The translations under genes were made by a program, and so were the position numbers. The notes below the pieces were generated by a model, which was given only the letters and a program-made list of their open reading frames with translations, was not told the DNA's origin and searched no databases. From Candidatus Dojkabacteria bacterium (GTDB lineage Bacteria > Patescibacteriota > Dojkabacteria > B142 > OLB20), in assembly GCA_030583785.1 (NCBI GenBank), contig CP129475.1, forward strand, positions 914,209 to 978,208: DNA of 64,000 nt, written 5' to 3'. This document shows, piece after piece, positions 56,385 through 64,000 of this stretch (the first letter of the stretch is position 1; every line of letters begins with the position of its first letter).

Positions 56385-56831
56385 ATGGGGAACTTATTAA
56401 CAATAGAGCAATCATATGTAAAACAGACACCTCATTTCGAGGTAGGCGATACAATTGCTGTACATAACATTGTCCGCGAAGGAGACAAAAAGAGAATTCA
56501 GATTTTCAAAGGTATCGTCTTGGCTATCAAAGGAGATGGACTTGGAAGAACTTTCACTGTCAGAAAAATCAGCAATGGCATCGGTGTAGAAAAAATATTT
56601 CCATTACATAGCCCAAACATCAGCAAGATAGAGGTTCTTAAAAGCGGAAAAGTACGCAGTTCTAAGATTTACTACATGCGAAAACGAGTAGGTAAAAAAG
56701 CTCTAAAGGTTTCAGAAGGTGAAATGTACAGCGAAGAATTGACACAAGAAGAGCCTGTTGCAGAAAATGATGAACCAGCAAATGATCAGCAAGAGGCTAT
56801 CGAAGACTCAAAGGCCGACGACAAAGCTTGA
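56385..56831 (+). CDS. rplS: 50S ribosomal protein L19 with an acidic C-terminal extension
   Basis: FEVGDTIAVHNIVREGDKKRIQIFKGIVLAIKGDGLGRTFTVRKISNGIGVEKIFPLHSPNISKIEV matches L19 end to end. Confidence 0.9.
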   Translation: MGNLLTIEQSYVKQTPHFEVGDTIAVHNIVREGDKKRIQIFKGIVLAIKGDGLGRTFTVRKISNGIGVEKIFPLHSPNISKIEVLKSGKVRSSKIYYMRKRVGKKALKVSEGEMYSEELTQEEPVAENDEPANDQQEAIEDSKADDKA

Positions 56832-57429
56832 AATCGACTTGCTTAACACTGGTTATCAGCGCATAGTCGGTATTGATGAAGTTGGCAGAGGAGCATGGGC
56901 AGGTCCGGTTGTAGTTGGTGCTTTTGCTTACTATCCTTTCTCAAAAACAATTCCCGAAGTTAAAGATTCAAAGCTATTATCTCCTGCAAAACGAGAGATT
57001 ATTAACGAAGAATTAAGAAAAGAGGAGTATTCTCTTGCTGTAGCCGACAATACAATGATAGACACTCTAGGGGTTGGGCAAGCAATATGTGCGCTCATAA
57101 GCGAACTTATAGACAAATTCGATGACCATAATACATTTTTCTTGGTCGACGGCAGATTCAAGGCAGACTTCCATTTAAGCTGTAAAAAACTTGTAAAAGG
57201 TGATCTTCAACACTATAGCATCGCTTCTGCATCAATACTGGCAAAAGTATTCAGAGACAATCTAATGCAAAAGCTTGATCGTTTTTTTCCCAACTTCGAT
57301 TTCGCTTCAAATGTCGGTTATCCAACGCCAAGGCACATTAAAGCACTGCAGCAATTCGGGCCGTCAAAGATTCACAGGTTCAGTTACAAACCAATTAAAC
57401 AGCTTCAACATGACAAACACCAGGGCTAA
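56758..57429 (+). CDS. rnhB: Ribonuclease HII (start uncertain)
   Basis: GIDEVGRGAWAGPVVVGA carries the RNase HII DEDD catalytic start. As listed, the ORF overlaps rplS by 74 nt. The true start may be TTG at 56839 or the ATG at 56785. Confidence 0.75.
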   Translation: MQKMMNQQMISKRLSKTQRPTTKLEIDLLNTGYQRIVGIDEVGRGAWAGPVVVGAFAYYPFSKTIPEVKDSKLLSPAKREIINEELRKEEYSLAVADNTMIDTLGVGQAICALISELIDKFDDHNTFFLVDGRFKADFHLSCKKLVKGDLQHYSIASASILAKVFRDNLMQKLDRFFPNFDFASNVGYPTPRHIKALQQFGPSKIHRFSYKPIKQLQHDKHQG

Positions 57430-57772
57430 AGGAGCTAGAGCAGAAACTTTAGCACGAGATTATATTATCTCATTGGGGTACAAAATAATTGAGCGAAACT
57501 ATACCATTAGAGGTGGAGAAATTGATATAATTGCTTCTGATTCTAATACAATCGTTTTTTTTGAAGTCAAAAGTCTGATACAATCAAGTCGCTATCAGAT
57601 TGAAGAGCAGGTTACGCAAGAAAAAAAGAAAGTCCTTATCAGAACTTGTAAGTATTGGCTACTAAAAGCAGGCAAGTTAGATTCAAACTGGAGGATTGAC
57701 TTTATCGGTATTGTATACAAGAATAACCGTACAGACTATAAATTGCAGCACATCACAAATGCGATTTATTAA
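57410..57772 (+). CDS. YraN-family (UPF0102) endonuclease
   Basis: KGARAETLARDYIISLGYKIIERNYTIRGGEIDIIASDSNTIVFFEVK matches the YraN signature. Start is at the internal Met. Overlaps the rnhB end by 20 nt. Confidence 0.75.
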   Translation: MTNTRAKGARAETLARDYIISLGYKIIERNYTIRGGEIDIIASDSNTIVFFEVKSLIQSSRYQIEEQVTQEKKKVLIRTCKYWLLKAGKLDSNWRIDFIGIVYKNNRTDYKLQHITNAIY

Positions 57773-57773
57773 T

Positions 57774-57845
57774 GGGTCGGTAGCTCAATGGTAGAGCAGT
57801 GGCCTTTTAAGCCATTGGTTGAGGGTTCGAGTCCCTCCCGACTCA
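57774..57845 (+). tRNA. tRNA-Lys (anticodon TTT), no encoded CCA
   Basis: GGGTCGGTAGCTCAATGGTAGAGCAGTGGCCTTTTAAGCCATTGGTTGAGGGTTCGAGTCCCTCCCGACTCA, with anticodon loop CTTTTAA. It starts 2 nt after the yraN stop. Confidence 0.85.
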
Positions 57846-57909
57846 TATTGAAAATAATCTTTCCCCCTGGACTTCATAATTCTTTCACAATTATTTCGTA
57901 TAATTAATC

Positions 57910-58599
57910 ATGGAAAGAATACTTATAGTAGAAGATGATGATGGTATAGCTGCGATTGAGTCAGACTACCTTCGTAATTCCGGATATAGTGTATCTAGGG
58001 TTAAAAACGGTCAAGATGGTTATCATAAATTTCTAGAAGAGAAACCCGATCTCATTATTCTTGATTTAAACCTCCCATTAATTAATGGATACGATCTATG
58101 TAAGCTTATTCGCAAACAGTCTGGTATACCAATCATTATGGTAACTGCAAAAACTAAAGAGATTGACGAACTGCTTGGATTAGAATTAGGCGCGGATGAT
58201 TATGTAAAAAAACCCTTTAGCCCCAAAATCCTTGTATCGCGTGTTAAGGCCATGTTGAAAAGGCCAAACAATACAATACAAAATAATGATTCTCTTATCA
58301 TTGGAGACTTCAATATTGATTTTGATAAGAGATCAGTTAAACTGAATGATCGAATAATCCCATTCACCACAGTACAATTCAACATATTTGCACAACTTAT
58401 TCAAAATCCCGGAAAAGTCTTCAGTAGAAACGAGTTAATCGACAGATCATACGATGATAAAGATTTAGTAGATATTTACGATAGAACTATGGATTCTCAC
58501 ATCAAGAACATCAGAAAGCTCATCGAGATCGATCCCAAGAAGCCTCAATACATATATACTGTTCGTGGAATCGGATATAAGTTTAATGAATTCAATTAG
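57910..58599 (+). CDS. OmpR-family response regulator
   Basis: REC domain (ILIVEDD...DLIILDLNLP...KKPF) followed by a winged helix (VRGIGYKF). Confidence 0.85.
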   Translation: MERILIVEDDDGIAAIESDYLRNSGYSVSRVKNGQDGYHKFLEEKPDLIILDLNLPLINGYDLCKLIRKQSGIPIIMVTAKTKEIDELLGLELGADDYVKKPFSPKILVSRVKAMLKRPNNTIQNNDSLIIGDFNIDFDKRSVKLNDRIIPFTTVQFNIFAQLIQNPGKVFSRNELIDRSYDDKDLVDIYDRTMDSHIKNIRKLIEIDPKKPQYIYTVRGIGYKFNEFN

Positions 58600-59677
58600 A
58601 AAAAAAATCACAATTGGAATTCTTCTAACACTAGTTTCCTCAATCCTTATTGTCGGATTACTTTCAAGTCATCTACTTAATAATAGCTTCGAAGGTTTTC
58701 TACAGACACAAGAAGCAGAGGGTTTTGGGTATGGCAGAGGTAGAAATCAATCAGACGAGAAAAGGCTTGAACGATATCAAACCATAACTTCTGAGTTTCA
58801 AAACAATATCGTACTGAGTTTGATAGTGTCGTCTTTCTTTGGGTTTATTATCAGCATCGGAGTTGGTTTATATATTTCTAATCGTATTAGCAATCCACTT
58901 AAAGTTCTGCAACAAAAGCTTGTCGACATGAGGCAGAATCGTTATAAAAAACTGGACATCGAAACAGATACGGTCGAGATAATTAAACTTGCAGAAGCAT
59001 ACAATAAGTTAATTGACGAATTGGCAAGAATTGAATCCTTGAGAGAAGACTTAGTTTCTGATGTAGCGCATGAACTTAAAACACCACTTACTAAGGTTAT
59101 TGGTCAGCTTGAAGGCTGTGCAGATGGATTATATGAATGTGATAAATCTCATCTCACTAAGATTCTAGAGAATACATATCAAATAGGAGCATTGATCGAT
59201 TCCTTACAGAGAGTTGTAGAAATTAAAGCAAAGAAATACGAATTGACTTTAGATAAAGTCAAGCTTTCAGATTTTGTAGAGAGTATTATTTCGGGACTAT
59301 CAAAAGATAGTATAAAGATTCTTAATCGCGTGAGGAATGATGTAATTATCAAGGCTGATAAAGATAAACTTAGAGAGATATTTGATAACCTACTAAGTAA
59401 TGCCATCCGTCACACAGAAAAGGGAGAGGTCACAATTGATTACGATAGCACTTCAAGTTCGATCAAAATTTGTGATACCGGAGAAGGTATTGAGAAAAAA
59501 GATCTTCCATATATCTTTGAAAGATTCTATAGGGGCGATAAATCTAGAAGTAAAGAAACAGGAGGTTTTGGGTTGGGTCTGGCAATTGTAAGCGAATTGG
59601 TAGAGGCACATGGCTGGTCTATATCAGTGACCAGCAAAATAAAGAGGGGAACATGTTTTAGCATTTCACTAAATTAA
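58565..59677 (+). CDS. Membrane sensor histidine kinase
   Basis: Two TM segments, H-box SDVAHELKTPLT, N/G boxes (NLLSNAIRHT; DTGEGI; GGFGLGLAIV). Overlaps the regulator gene by 35 nt. Confidence 0.85.
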   Translation: MESDISLMNSIRKKITIGILLTLVSSILIVGLLSSHLLNNSFEGFLQTQEAEGFGYGRGRNQSDEKRLERYQTITSEFQNNIVLSLIVSSFFGFIISIGVGLYISNRISNPLKVLQQKLVDMRQNRYKKLDIETDTVEIIKLAEAYNKLIDELARIESLREDLVSDVAHELKTPLTKVIGQLEGCADGLYECDKSHLTKILENTYQIGALIDSLQRVVEIKAKKYELTLDKVKLSDFVESIISGLSKDSIKILNRVRNDVIIKADKDKLREIFDNLLSNAIRHTEKGEVTIDYDSTSSSIKICDTGEGIEKKDLPYIFERFYRGDKSRSKETGGFGLGLAIVSELVEAHGWSISVTSKIKRGTCFSISLN

Positions 59678-59878
59678 TTCTCCTCCATAATTCCTCCAAA
59701 TACTTGAATTAAGATTAGTTAAGCTTGAGTTAGATGTATATCAATAAAGCAAACCTAGCGCGGTTAGCGTAATACATATTTGGCTTACTAATTGTTTATC
59801 TAATACCAAGACTGCTCAAGAGAAAGCTTGAGGATAATAAAAAACAAATGTAAATTATCTTTTTTTATCGATTAAATC

Positions 59879-60328
59879 ATGAGCAAAGGAAAAATTGCGT
59901 TAGTATCCTTCGCTTTACTTACGGTTTCAGGATTGATTGGATTATCTGGTGTATCTGCTGCAGAATTTTCTGGAACAGAAAAGCTAGCGATGAATGCCGA
60001 AGTCCTATCGGTTGATGGTACGAGTGTTTCGATCAAAGACACTCAAACAGGAGAAATATACAAAACATCTTTTGGACCTGTAAGGTTCTCAAGAGAATAT
60101 AAGGCCGGCGAGATTCTCGAAGTAGAGGGTATGAGTACCGATCATGAAAACGAAAGGAATCACAACTTCAAAACGATCAAGGTTGGAGAACTCGAGCTTC
60201 GATCAGAGTTTGGCGGTAGACCCAATTGGGCTAGGTCAAATGGTGACTCGTTAGGAAAGCATAGAGCTGGTGGTCAAGCTAACTTTATTGATGCCGATGG
60301 TGATGGCAATTGTGACAATCGTAACTAA
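59879..60328 (+). CDS. Small exported protein with an Asp/Gly-rich, possibly metal-binding C-terminus
   Basis: Signal peptide MSKGKIALVSFALLTVSGLIGLSGVSAA. C-terminal DADGDGNCDNRN. Confidence 0.45.
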   Translation: MSKGKIALVSFALLTVSGLIGLSGVSAAEFSGTEKLAMNAEVLSVDGTSVSIKDTQTGEIYKTSFGPVRFSREYKAGEILEVEGMSTDHENERNHNFKTIKVGELELRSEFGGRPNWARSNGDSLGKHRAGGQANFIDADGDGNCDNRN

Positions 60329-60380
60329 ACGCACCGCAATATGCTCGTTATAAGGAGAAGTCGATTCGGCTTCTCCTTTT

Positions 60381-61787
60381 TTAATCCATTTCAAGGCTTT
60401 GTAGTTTATCTATCCCTAATGGTTCAGTGAAAAGATGGTGTAGTAAATCGGTAGCATTATTGTAATATTCAGGGAAGTCGATATCATCATTAAATCTGCC
60501 GTATCGATAAGAATAATAGTGAAGATAAAGATATATTCTGTGAGATATATCTGACTTCTGCGCAGCATTAAATCTTGTAAATAAAGGATTCTCATTAATT
60601 TGTTTTACAATCTGTGCTTGATTAAGTAGACTTATTTCTACAAGTCCGAATTGGTTTAGTTTTGGAATACCACCTTCAAGGGGTCTTCGGTATTCTATCC
60701 CAAGTAGAGCTAGGGTTGTCAAAATAATATCTTTGCGGATTCTAGCTTCAGTTATGTCTTTAAACGGTTCAACTATTATTGGATTAAAAGAATCAGGCAT
60801 CAATGTTGTTGCATTATAAACAGAATATTCAGCCGGAATAGGGCTTTGTAGGCTACCATCGCTATGTTGGTATAGCGTAAGTGCTCTGTCAATAATGACC
60901 GGATTAAGGCCTTCAACAATGATGTTGTCAGGTTTTATATCTAAATTGTATAACCCTGCCTCAAAATCTGCTTCTGTAGAATGTGCAATTCTGTTCATAA
61001 TTACTAGTGCTTCTGCAAGGCTTTGGGGTTGATATTCATCAAGGGTGACCCCCTCTACGGCTTCGTACATAGTTCCGTAGAACTTTCCTATCTCATTGTT
61101 TTCCTTATCAAATGCACTAAAAAGAACAACCACTCTACCGGATTGAATTGCTGTTCTCGCTACTTTTCTGTTGTCAGTTATTACTTGGAAGGTATCTGGA
61201 TCAATTGCTTCTATTGTTGCATATCTTGTCGAGTTGGCTTCTATTCTGTCTGTAATCTGGTTCTCGTATGCGGCCTCGGTAGGAACGCATCTTTTTTCTA
61301 GCAGTTTTCGTATTTTTAATATGGTGGCTTTTCTTTGTTCACCATCGCTTCGCCAATCAACATCTTCAGGAAGAGATCTGTCAGAATAATAGCTTCTTGC
61401 CATCTCTGGAAGATGAACAGCTTTCTGCCAGAGAATGTGATTAGCAATATTGAAATCAGGTTGACATAATAATGAATCTAATTGATTCAAGTCTGCGGGG
61501 GTGCGACATCCGTAGTAAGCTTCTCTTGTTAGTTGATTGTCTGCGTCAATTATTCTTTGAGTGAGATCATTTAAAAACCTACCCATTTCCACAGGATAAA
61601 GCTTAACTACGAGATTTCTTTCCTCCTCTTTTGCAAAAAATACCATACCCTGAGTCCCGCCTCCAATAAAGTCTACATTTCTGCAGGTAGTCTCGTTTGG
61701 CGCCTTGATACACACTGTATCAGCCAGAATATGAATGTTATCTAGTGGATCGACTTCACCAGGTTGTACAATAACAGTTTCCGCCAT
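60381..61787 (-). CDS. Protein-kinase-like (ePK/aminoglycoside phosphotransferase-fold) protein
   Basis: Gly-rich loop IGGGTQGMVFF, conserved Lys (VVKLY), and the catalytic loop LYNLDIKPDNIIV, which resembles HRDLKPENIL. Confidence 0.45.
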   Translation of the reverse strand: MAETVIVQPGEVDPLDNIHILADTVCIKAPNETTCRNVDFIGGGTQGMVFFAKEEERNLVVKLYPVEMGRFLNDLTQRIIDADNQLTREAYYGCRTPADLNQLDSLLCQPDFNIANHILWQKAVHLPEMARSYYSDRSLPEDVDWRSDGEQRKATILKIRKLLEKRCVPTEAAYENQITDRIEANSTRYATIEAIDPDTFQVITDNRKVARTAIQSGRVVVLFSAFDKENNEIGKFYGTMYEAVEGVTLDEYQPQSLAEALVIMNRIAHSTEADFEAGLYNLDIKPDNIIVEGLNPVIIDRALTLYQHSDGSLQSPIPAEYSVYNATTLMPDSFNPIIVEPFKDITEARIRKDIILTTLALLGIEYRRPLEGGIPKLNQFGLVEISLLNQAQIVKQINENPLFTRFNAAQKSDISHRIYLYLHYYSYRYGRFNDDIDFPEYYNNATDLLHHLFTEPLGIDKLQSLEMD

Positions 61788-61843
61788 AAGATCGTTTATA
61801 TATCATTATTATATAATAGAAGTGTGGAAATCACAATGGTATA

Positions 61844-63616
61844 TTACTCAATCTCAGAACCAATAAATTCTCCTTGCTGCAGTTTCCAAAGTGAATGGTA
61901 GATGCCGTTTTTTGCTAATAGTTCATGATGTGTTCCACTTTCAGCTATTCTTCCGTTATCTATAACTATTATGCGATCTGCCCTGAGAATTGTTGATAAT
62001 CTGTGAGCAATAATAATTGTTGTCTTACCTGCAGACACCCTCCAGAATGACTCTTGTATCAGCTTTTCTGATTTGCTATCAAGTTGGCTGGTAGCTTCGT
62101 CAAATATTATAACGGGAGGATTTTCGATAAACATTCGAGCAATCGCAAGTCTTTGCTTTTGTCCTCCCGAAAGCTTAATTCCTCTCTCGCCGACTTCTGT
62201 ATCGTATCCTTTAGGTAAAGAAGAAATAAATTCGTCAAGATTGGCAATTTTGGCCGCATCTTTTACTTTCTCAAGCTCATATTTTTTAGCTCCGTAGCCA
62301 ATGTTATAACCTATTGATTCATTAAACAGGACTGGTTCTTGAGGCACGACTCCAAGCAAGCTTCGAAGATTTGATTTAGTGATATCTTTTATTGAAACCC
62401 CGTCAATAAGGATTTCTCCTTTTTGCACATCGTAAAATCTAAGTAGTAGTTTTGTAAGTGTTGATTTTCCTGCTCCGGAGCTTCCGACAAAGGCAACAGT
62501 TTCGCCCGCATTGATTACTAGATTAAAGTCCTTGATTGTGCTTTCGCTTTTATTGTATGAGAAATCGACATCTCGGAATTCTATAGTACCTTTTGCATCA
62601 GACAGGTTTATTTTTTTTGGATTTGCTGGGTCAAGAATTTGAGGCTTGTGCGTTAATATGCCAATGTATTTTTCGAGATCGCTGTAATTCTTGGCAATTT
62701 CTCTAAAGCGCCAGACAACATCTTCGAGATTAGGGAAAAATGTGGTTACGAATCCGGCAACCAGAACAAAGTCTCCAACAGAGAAATTGCCACTAGTGGT
62801 TTCGTATAAGGCAATAAAAAGTACTAATCCTGCGCCAAGTAGCGAAAGTGATCCTGTACTTATGTCTATCAAGCGGAAGGTATTGATATATTTCCAAACA
62901 GCAGATTTCCAAGTTGCGTATTCGCTTTTTATTCGAGAAATTTCTTCCTTTTCTTTGGCAAAATACTTAACAGTTTCGTAATTGATCATGTTGTCAACAA
63001 CTATCCCTGATATGCGATCTTCTTGTGTATTTAAGAGTCTTCGTTTGGAGATATTGCGTTTTACTAGGAAGGTTGCGGTAACAATGTTTACGAATACTAT
63101 GCCGATTACTACCATAAGTAATTTGCTGTCCAAAATTGAGAAAGCGAAAGATACAAAAATAAAATTAACTAGAAGTCTTAGCAGATTTCTGTTAATTTCG
63201 ATATTCATGCTGAAATGCGCGCCTTCTCCTCGACGCAGTGTCGAAATCAATGAGCCACTTCTTTTGTTGGCATGATAAGTATAGTCAAGGTCATGAAGAT
63301 GAGAGAAAACATCTACCTTTAGATCTCTGGAAGTATTAATGAAATAGATATCGTTTATGGTATCGCCTAATATCTCGAGAATGAAACTGATAGCTCGGAT
63401 AGCAATAAACCCGAATAGAATCTGTAGAACAAAAGTTATATCAAGTTGTTCAAGGCTGTCGACCAGGAATTTATAGAAATAAATTGCATAGTTCCCTGTA
63501 ACTCTTGATAAGATGACCAGTATTGCCCCGATGATCACTGCATAGGGGTATTTCCAATTATATCTGTAAAATATGCGAAATATGTTGCGCATGGTGGTGT
63601 CGCAAGAAAAGTACAA
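61844..63616 (-). CDS. ABC exporter, fused permease + ATPase (MsbA/multidrug-like)
   Basis: Six-TM N-terminal domain. Walker A GSSGAGKSTL, signature LSGGQKQRLAIAR, Walker B IIIFDEATSQLD. Confidence 0.9.
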   Translation of the reverse strand: MYFSCDTTMRNIFRIFYRYNWKYPYAVIIGAILVILSRVTGNYAIYFYKFLVDSLEQLDITFVLQILFGFIAIRAISFILEILGDTINDIYFINTSRDLKVDVFSHLHDLDYTYHANKRSGSLISTLRRGEGAHFSMNIEINRNLLRLLVNFIFVSFAFSILDSKLLMVVIGIVFVNIVTATFLVKRNISKRRLLNTQEDRISGIVVDNMINYETVKYFAKEKEEISRIKSEYATWKSAVWKYINTFRLIDISTGSLSLLGAGLVLFIALYETTSGNFSVGDFVLVAGFVTTFFPNLEDVVWRFREIAKNYSDLEKYIGILTHKPQILDPANPKKINLSDAKGTIEFRDVDFSYNKSESTIKDFNLVINAGETVAFVGSSGAGKSTLTKLLLRFYDVQKGEILIDGVSIKDITKSNLRSLLGVVPQEPVLFNESIGYNIGYGAKKYELEKVKDAAKIANLDEFISSLPKGYDTEVGERGIKLSGGQKQRLAIARMFIENPPVIIFDEATSQLDSKSEKLIQESFWRVSAGKTTIIIAHRLSTILRADRIIVIDNGRIAESGTHHELLAKNGIYHSLWKLQQGEFIGSEIE

Positions 63617-63712
63617 AATGGTTGGGATCGTTTAATATCTCACAATATCGAGTAATAGTCAAACAATTTTGTCGATATTTGTTGTATAATTAACTATATA
63701 GCAGATATATTC

Positions 63713-64000
63713 TTGGAACTCTATTCACAACAACCATTAATATCAAACATCTTTCGAATACAGAGAGATGGGCTTGTAGACCCAGCGTATTTATCCGAAG
63801 AAGATCATACCGATTATCCGAATCTTTATTGTCAGCTCTTTGACTGTGGCGTTGATTGGCTTGGTAGTTTGAATATCGAGCCTTTTAACAAGCTTGTTGG
63901 TTTTTATGATGACGGTGTTGTTCTGGGAATCAAGGATAGCCCCAATTTTTATACTGTAGGATCGCCGACAGGATTTGTGAGAGGTTATAACCTTGGAGGT
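63713..64000 (+). CDS. Partial ORF running off the window end (hypothetical; possible TTG start)
   Basis: The frame is open from 63659 to 64000 with no ATG. The first plausible start is TTG at 63713. Product ...IQRDGLVDPAYLSEEDHTDYPNLYCQLFDCGVDWLGSLNIEPFNKLVGFYDDGVVLGIKD. Confidence 0.2.
   Translation, partial: MELYSQQPLISNIFRIQRDGLVDPAYLSEEDHTDYPNLYCQLFDCGVDWLGSLNIEPFNKLVGFYDDGVVLGIKDSPNFYTVGSPTGFVRGYNLGG

Overview
Low-GC bacterial chromosome segment. Gene content (hexokinase, a CDP-archaeol-synthase-like gene, giant LamG-repeat surface protein, small proteins, several tRNAs without encoded CCA) is compatible with a Patescibacteria/CPR-like organism; that assignment is inference only.

Two accessory regions stand out.

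(1) A complete type V-A CRISPR-Cas locus, all on the minus strand: cas12a(1336 aa)-cas4-cas1-cas2-leader-array. The array has 38 repeats (35-nt repeat, Cas12a-type 5' handle UCUACUGUUGUAGAU) and 37 spacers. The whole cassette (~8.5 kb, visibly more AT-rich than its flanks) is bounded by a perfect 28-bp direct repeat. That repeat simultaneously carries the stop codon of gnd on the left and the last 8 codons plus stop of a convergent VanW-like gene on the right. This indicates insertion of the cassette as a discrete unit between two convergent genes.

(2) A ~14.7 kb integrative island (about 4925-19635) inserted at the 3' end of tRNA-His. It ends with a large serine recombinase whose stop codon abuts an 11-bp direct repeat (tgaacctgcgg), which recurs at a degenerate tRNA-end-like attL near 4950. 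Its cargo is defence-rich:
- Mrr-like type IV restriction enzyme.
- An excisionase-family HTH micro-ORF.
- An MmeI-family type IIL RM enzyme.
- A higB toxin with a HigA antitoxin fused to an ImmA/IrrE HEXXH metallopeptidase, translationally coupled to an uncharacterised 358-aa gene that converges on and overlaps a sce7726-like 196-aa gene (candidate novel defence module).
- A divergent MUG/TDG-like DNA glycosylase with a GNPAP motif.
- CYTH and YqcI-like proteins.
- A triple-hairpin structured leader.
- A phage TerS-like HTH protein.

The rest is housekeeping: typA, DEAD-box helicase, gnd, znuA plus a COG0523 GTPase, a lysine-rich histone-like protein, GT2/GT4 glycosyltransferases, M15 peptidase, sppA, recX, rplS-rnhB-yraN, two two-component systems, an ABC exporter, and tRNAs His, Arg, Asp, Leu and Lys.
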